DNA of 64,000 nt from NCBI GenBank assembly GCA_043228905.1, contig JBHGNT010000010.1, forward strand, positions 14,074,001-14,138,000, written 5' to 3'. Below are positions 61,160 through 64,000 of the stretch, piece after piece. This DNA comes from Azolla caroliniana. Taxonomy: Eukaryota > Plantae > Polypodiophyta. A program made the position numbers and the translations under genes. The notes under the pieces were generated by a model. That model saw only the letters and a list, made by a program, of their open reading frames with translations, was not told where the DNA came from and did not search any database. The stretch's first letter is position 1, and the number at the start of each line of letters is the position of its first letter.

Positions 61160-64000
61160 TATCATGATATGGCAAGACTCGAACCATTAGACTATACATT
61201 GTAATACGTAGAATATTATTTTCATTTATGTTTTATTATAGAAAATTGATGTATATTCCAGATTTCTCTGGAACATTCTAGAAACTTTAGGAGTATTCCT
61301 TAGAACACTATAAAAGGAGGCACAAGGCATTATTTTGAACCAAATCGGTTCAACGCCAGTCTTAAGCCTCCTAACTACTGTACATTTTCTTCACATAATA
61401 TATATCTTTTCTTATCATCACTCTCTCTCTCTCTCTCGATCTCTCTCTCCCTCCCTCTCATTCACTCTTTCCTTCTCTCGAGAGTTCTTCACCTCTCTTA
61501 GTACTAATACTTCTTTTAGTACTAATTCCTTCTTTGTCTTAGTACTGTTCTTGACAGTTTGAACTGATTTTCCTACCTTCTGTCTCTCTCATTTCCTACT
61601 AATCTCTTATTCCTCTTTTCTTTCATCCCATGGCCACTGTTAGCGCTGAAGAATATCAATCTATTTTCTCGGAATTTCAATGCTTGAAAGAGAAGTTCCA
61701 TGCTTTGGAACAAGAAAACCAACGGTTGTTGGGGGGATCTTCAGCAAATCTCCTTAGAGAAGCAGCAAACGCAACAACAGCATGGGGAACTTGTGTTATG
61801 CGTGCAACAACTCGAAGCAACCATCGAAGCAATGCAACAACAAAGGCCCGACACACAAGGGATTCATAAAGAACCCAAGATTGGCCTTCCCACGAAGTTC
61901 GATGGAACGCAATTGCAGTTTAGAGGGTTCCTTAACCAGGTACGATTAGTTATTCAAATGCATCCTTCCCGATATCCCACCGATGCATCACAATTGGGTT
62001 TAGTAGGCACTTTGTTAAGTGGCTCAGCGTTGGCATGGTTCGCTCCACTATTAGAAAAGGAATCTCCGTTACTCAACAATTTTGAAGAGTTTCTAGGTGA
62101 GTTTAAAGCATGTTTCGGAGATACTGACAACATCAGGACCGCAATCAACAAAATTCGGCGATTATGCCAAGGTGACCGTCCAGCCTCCGCATACGCTGCA
62201 GATTTTCGCCTACTCGCCGCCGATATCCCTTGGGATGATCAAGCATTGATGGAGCAATTCCGTTATGGTTTACGCAACAACGTCAAGGATTTACTCTTGA
62301 CCTTCCCCGAAGAGCCAAAGTCCTTAACAGAAGCAATCAGTCGCGCGATGAGATGTGACAACCGCCTCTTTGAGCGACGTTCGGAACGACAGATACAGAT
62401 GTCGAGGGAAAGATCAGAGCCCACCTATGCCTCAGTGGTAGCAAGACCTTTTCCGAGGGAGTCATATAATGCGCCTCCAACGAATACTCCGACTCCGATG
62501 GAGATTGACACTACACATCGTCGAGGGCCATTATCCGAAGAAGAAAAGCAGCGACGCCATACAAATCGACTATGTCTTTACTGCGGTGGACCAGGACATA
62601 TTGCAATAAATTGCCCCCATAGGCCAAGAAGACAGGTAAACCAAATAGTCGCTAGTTCTAATTGTACTAAACCCAAGCCTATTTCAGTAGGGATATCTGA
62701 TAGTCCTAATAGTACTAATAGCCCAGATCTAGAGAACAGATTTGATGTCCTTAGTCAGTTAGAAGAAGAGTTAAACGACTAAGTCCAGCCAAAATAGGAG
62801 CCGTTTGGTTGGACAGCCCTAGATCTGTGCAACCCATTAGTGGTTCCATTCCCTCTAAGCAAGTTAGTGATGTGTTCGTAGCCAAGTAATAGTTAGTACT
62901 AAAAGTACCCCTCCAGTACATGTCCTAGCAGTCCTAAATTCCGGAGCTAACTCTTGCTTTATGGATAAGAAATTTGCTCAAGCTCATAAGATATCCCTAA
63001 GAAAACTCCAGTGTCCAGCCTCTGTAGTAGTCATTGATGGACGTCCCGTCCCATTGCTTCCGGAAATATCATAGAAGAGTCAGAGCCCATTAATATTGTC
63101 CTAGATAACTTAGCATGTGTAGTATCATTTAATATTATTAGTATCCCAGAACATCCCATAGTTTTAGGATTACCGTGGTTTGAGTTACATAACCCAGACA
63201 TAGATTGGAGAACAAAAGAGATCCGGTGTCGACAAACCCAAGGGTCAACTCAGAAGATGGCAACCATTTCGCTACGTCAGTTGCGTAAAGAAGGGTGCAA
63301 GGAGGAAATGTTCCTCTTTGCAATATCAGTAAACCCCTCTAGCACCACTAAAGAAGAATCCACCGTTCAACTTCCCGAGAAGTATCGTCATTACGCCGAT
63401 GTGTTCGATAAAGTACAAGCCAACACACTTCCTCATCATCGACCGTACGATTGCCCCATCGATTTACAACCGGGAAAAGAGCCGCCATGGGGACCGATCT
63501 ACAATTTGTCACCAACCGAGCTGGAAGTCCTTCGGGCCTATATAGAGGAGAATTTGGAAAATGGTTTCATTCGGCATTCGAAATCTCCAGCCGGCGCGCC
63601 CATTTTCTTCGTCAAGAAAAAGGATGGATCGCTTCGTCTCGTTGTAGATTACCGTGGCCTGAATAAGGTTACAATCAGGAATAGGTATGCTCTTCCCCTT
63701 ATCTCAAGACTTTTAGAACGGATCAATGGTGCCAGGTTCTTCATGAAGATCGACTTACGGGGAGCATATAACCTCGTACGGATCCGACCAGGAGACGAAT
63801 GGAAGACCGCGTTTCACACCAGATATGGGCACTTCGAGTATACGGTCATGCCATTTGGCCTCACTAATGCGCCGACAGTCTTCCAGCACATGGCTAATGA
63901 TATATTCCGAGATCTATTGGATGATTGTTTGATCATCTATTTGGATTATATACTGGTTTACTCAAAGACCCAAGAAGAACATGATTCTCATGTACTATTA
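61160..64000 (+). mobile_element. Tcn1-like chromovirus (copy 2), 5' LTR 61160-61556, gag, PR, RT; runs off the window
   Basis: LTR, gag and pol homologous to 6245-10917; gag CLYCGGPGHIAINC; RT YLDY at the window end; frameshifts. Confidence 0.92.
61630..62782 (+). pseudogene. Chromovirus gag (one frameshift near 61735)
   Basis: MATVSAEEYQ start joins KEPKIGLPTKFDG...PMEID...CLYCGGPGH; ends at GAG TTA AAC GAC TAA. Confidence 0.88.

Overview
Eukaryotic land-plant DNA, probably a non-seed plant such as a fern or moss (inferred from the retroelement lineages, not proven). About 80% of the window is nested LTR retrotransposons surrounding one host gene, a 7-coding-exon mitochondrial i-AAA protease FtsH4 (minus strand, 32657-36848, about 709 aa). 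Left cluster: an intact-ORF Tnt1/Tork-like Ty1/copia sits in a tRNA-Trp-primed Ty3/gypsy, which sits in a Tcn1-like chromovirus; an old copia is split by a Gypsy (12499-19003) and by a younger copia (21435-27079). Right cluster: a very large minus-strand Gypsy (about 40143-61159) carries a SECOND aspartic-protease domain after integrase, a palindromic repeat array and two long decayed extra ORFs (one PMD/Transposase_32-like plus coiled coil). It is interrupted by a copia, a very young gag-only element, a solo LTR and a second chromovirus. Other highlights: two -1 frameshift signals with predicted pseudoknots (one between protease and RT), a Gypsy lineage that inserts at ACG(T/C) with 4-bp TSDs, a covarying pre-PPT hairpin, self-priming chromoviruses and an apparent capsid swap between copia subfamilies. 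All calls were made by eye; no database searches were run.
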